Assembly (NCBI GenBank): GCA_963708015.1
Contig: OY970185.1
Span: 471,402-535,401, forward strand
Direction: 5' to 3'
DNA length: 64,000 bases
Source: an uncultured Chloroflexia bacterium
GTDB taxonomy: Bacteria > Chloroflexota > Limnocylindria > Limnocylindrales > CSP1-4
This document shows positions 61,799 to 64,000 of this stretch, piece by piece; position 1 is the first letter of the stretch; every line of letters starts with the position of its first letter. Both the position numbers and the translations under genes were made by a program. The notes under the pieces were generated by a model. That model had not been told where the DNA came from and did no database searches. It was given only the letters and a program-made list of their open reading frames with translations.

Positions 61799-63487
61799 TC
61801 AGCGCTGCACGTCGCGACGGCTCATGCCCCACGCGCCGAGCAGCACCCCGCCAACCGCCAGGACGAGGCAGGCCAGGATCCCGGGCACGTCCCACTGGCC
61901 GATCATCGGCTGGCCGAGGTGCGCGGTAAGGGCCAGCTGGTGGAACCAGTCGGGCAGCTTGAGCGGCGGCGCCAGCAGGTCGATGAGATAGGTCACGACC
62001 ACCGCCAGGGCGGCGATCTCCGCGGCGATCGAAGTCCGCCACAGGCCGCCGACGGCGATGCCGACCCCGACGACCGCTGCACCGTAAAGGCCGATGGCGG
62101 CCGAACCGAGCAGGGCATCGCCGGCCGTCGCGCCGCCGGCCGCCGCCCCGAGGGCGATCCCCAGGGCGAAGATCGCCGTCATCAGGACCACCGAGCTGAT
62201 CGCCCCGATCCCCCCGGCGATCACCCAGCGCGCCCCCGTCAGCGGGCTGGCGAGGATTTCTTCCAGCCGGCCATCGGTCTCGTCCGAGGCCCACTTGGAG
62301 ACGAATGTCGCGGCGGCCAGGCCGGCCGCGATGTACAGGATCGCCAGGTACAGCTGAAGCCACCCGCCGGCCGAACCAAAGTCGAAGCCGGGGAAGATCG
62401 TGGCGAAGATCTTGACCAGGCCCGCGTCGCTCCCGATCTCCTTGGCGAACGAGCCGACCAGCGACGCCAGCAGGGCGCCCATCAGGCCCATGCCCAGGCC
62501 CCACGCGAGCGCTCGCGGCAGCTGCTCGCCGAAGGCCCGGGCGATCGGTCCGCGGACCCCCAGGACCCCGCCCGGTAGGGCCGGCAGCGAGACGTTTGCC
62601 GTAACGCCCAGGTCCCGGCGACTGAAGAGCTCGACGCCGGCCGCGAGCAGGACGAGCCCGAGCACGAGGACCGCGACCATGCCCGGCCAGTCGTAGAAGC
62701 CGGCCAACGGGACGTGGTTGACGGTCCAGTAGAACGGGCTCAGGTTGACGAGCGGACCACCCACGTCGAGGCCGCTCACGACCCACATGACCATCATCAC
62801 GAGGCCGGCGATGGCGGCCGATCCGGCTCGCCCGAGGAGCGGCGCGAGGGCGAAGGCCAGGCCGCCGAAGCACATCGCCAGGAAGCCGGCCCAGAGCGCG
62901 AACGAGATCGCGCCGCCGAGCGGGATGTCATCGCCCAGAGCCGCGTCGCCGAAGGCATTCGAGCTGGTGAAGATCATGATCGCCACGAAGCCCATTGCCA
63001 GCCACAGCATCGTCAGGTGCGCGGCCAGCTTCTCGAGGGCAATCCGGCGCTTCCCGAATGGCCCGGCCGCGACAAAGTCGAGGCTGCCTCGGCTGACTTC
63101 GCCGGCGAGCGTCCCGGACAGGGCGAGGATCGACCAGAGGGCTGTGCCCAGGCCGAACAGCGCGCCGTACTTCCAGCTCATGTAGCCACCCAGGGTGCCG
63201 AGCTTCGGGCCGAGCAGGGTGGCATTGCCGAACAGGTTGACCATCGACGGGGGCATGCTCCCGATGAGCTTGTTGACCTCAAGGCGCGACTCGGGGGTGG
63301 GGAAGACCGTCCCGATCGCCGCACCCATGACGAGCGAGATGCCGCCCAGCAACCCCGCCGCGACGATGAAGGCGAGGCGCGAGTCGCGGACCGTCTTGCC
63401 GTAGATGCTGCCAAAGCCATACAGCCGCCGTCGGAGCGGGATCGGCGAGGCCTGGCGAAGCGTCGCGCTGCCTGGGCTAGCTGCCAT
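61799..63487 (-). CDS. ABC-2 family exporter permease (large, about 12 TM)
   Basis: 562-aa polytopic membrane protein; start overlaps the stop of the upstream ABC ATPase. Confidence 0.65.
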   Translation of the reverse strand: MAASPGSATLRQASPIPLRRRLYGFGSIYGKTVRDSRLAFIVAAGLLGGISLVMGAAIGTVFPTPESRLEVNKLIGSMPPSMVNLFGNATLLGPKLGTLGGYMSWKYGALFGLGTALWSILALSGTLAGEVSRGSLDFVAAGPFGKRRIALEKLAAHLTMLWLAMGFVAIMIFTSSNAFGDAALGDDIPLGGAISFALWAGFLAMCFGGLAFALAPLLGRAGSAAIAGLVMMVMWVVSGLDVGGPLVNLSPFYWTVNHVPLAGFYDWPGMVAVLVLGLVLLAAGVELFSRRDLGVTANVSLPALPGGVLGVRGPIARAFGEQLPRALAWGLGMGLMGALLASLVGSFAKEIGSDAGLVKIFATIFPGFDFGSAGGWLQLYLAILYIAAGLAAATFVSKWASDETDGRLEEILASPLTGARWVIAGGIGAISSVVLMTAIFALGIALGAAAGGATAGDALLGSAAIGLYGAAVVGVGIAVGGLWRTSIAAEIAALAVVVTYLIDLLAPPLKLPDWFHQLALTAHLGQPMIGQWDVPGILACLVLAVGGVLLGAWGMSRRDVQR

Positions 63488-64000
63488 CGCTCGGGCCCTC
63501 CCCGGCTGGCGTCCCGTGGCCGTATTCGGCCAGGAACGTCTCCTCGAGGCTCGGTTCGCGACTGACGAAGTCGAGGAGCTCGAATTTCGCCGCGGCCTGG
63601 ACGACCGGCGAGATCGGGCCGGCCACGCGCAGCCGCAGGACGTGATCCTCGGCGCTGACGTCGCTGACTCCCGGCAGGTGCTCGAACGCCTCGGCCGGCA
63701 CGGTCCCGGCGAAGCGCAGCTCGACCTGGTGATGGGCCAGGTCGCGCAGCGCGTCGACCCGGTCCACCCGGACCAGCCGGCCGTCGCGGATGATCGCGAC
63801 CCGATCGCAGGTCTTCTCGACCTCGGACAGGACGTGGCTCGACAGGAACACGGTGTGCCCCTCGGCCACGGTCTCGCGCAGCACGGCGAAGAACGTCTGC
63901 TGGACGAGCGGATCGAGGCCGGAGGTCGGCTCGTCGAGCAGGAGCAGTTCGGGCTTGTGCTGGAGGGCAGCGACCAGGCCGACCTTCTGCTTGTTGCCCT
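63477..64000 (-). CDS. ABC transporter ATP-binding protein, 3-prime part only (N-terminus lies beyond the window end)
   Basis: Reverse translation of 63900-64000 gives ABC signature/Walker B (LLLDEPTSGLDP) and H-loop (FLSSHVLSEV); open frame runs off the window. Confidence 0.75.
   Translation of the reverse strand, partial: GNKQKVGLVAALQHKPELLLLDEPTSGLDPLVQQTFFAVLRETVAEGHTVFLSSHVLSEVEKTCDRVAIIRDGRLVRVDRVDALRDLAHHQVELRFAGTVPAEAFEHLPGVSDVSAEDHVLRLRVAGPISPVVQAAAKFELLDFVSREPSLEETFLAEYGHGTPAGEGPSDGS

Overview
Very high-GC (about 70%) window, Actinomycetota-like (F420-type PPOX, MmpL, GpgS, PdxST, ECF sigma, ROK). Dense, mostly operonic coding with many ATGA/GTGA start-stop overlaps; most long antisense ORFs in the track are GC-driven artefacts.

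Recognisable content, in order: tldD-pmbA; an AAA ATPase with a C-terminal R3H-like motif and a roughly 250-aa Gly/Arg/Ser low-complexity insert; pdxS-pdxT; a leucine-catabolism cluster; an HNH nuclease; CCA-adding enzyme; TPR; galE; a ligase-like protein lacking the motif I lysine; a glucosylglycerate-type sugar cluster (GT, GpgS, glycerate kinase); tandem USP; an endonuclease III-like gene; an OmpR/HisK pair; a nitrilase-PPOX-hypothetical operon; tRNA-Thr(CGT); an accessory-like stretch (FAD monooxygenase, GNATs, DHFR-family, Imm-5-like, hydrolase, META lipoprotein, AI-2E, PPK2, two tandem SulP, PAP2, MFS, ABC-2 exporter, EXLDI protein, CN-hydrolase, DUF2252, MmpL); a ROK regulator with a sugar ABC operon; msrB; and a second ABC-2 exporter.

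The leucine cluster is MCC beta, a VOC protein, enoyl-CoA hydratase, an embedded ECF sigma/anti-sigma pair, MCC alpha carrying an N-terminal excisionase-type HTH fusion, a 66-aa coupled ORF, and HMG-CoA lyase.

The most striking pattern is that single-base frameshifts are strongly clustered. I found more than 40 indels in about 13 kb: HMGL, CCA, USP, GpgS, glycerate kinase, Nth-like, RR/HK, nitrilase, one of two SulP paralogs, and the whole sugar ABC operon. About 50 kb, including neighbouring long genes, is fully intact. After frame correction the fragments are in-frame and stop-free with recognisable family motifs. This is either localized assembly/consensus error or very recent operon-level pseudogenization. 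No CRISPR, integrase or rRNA was seen.
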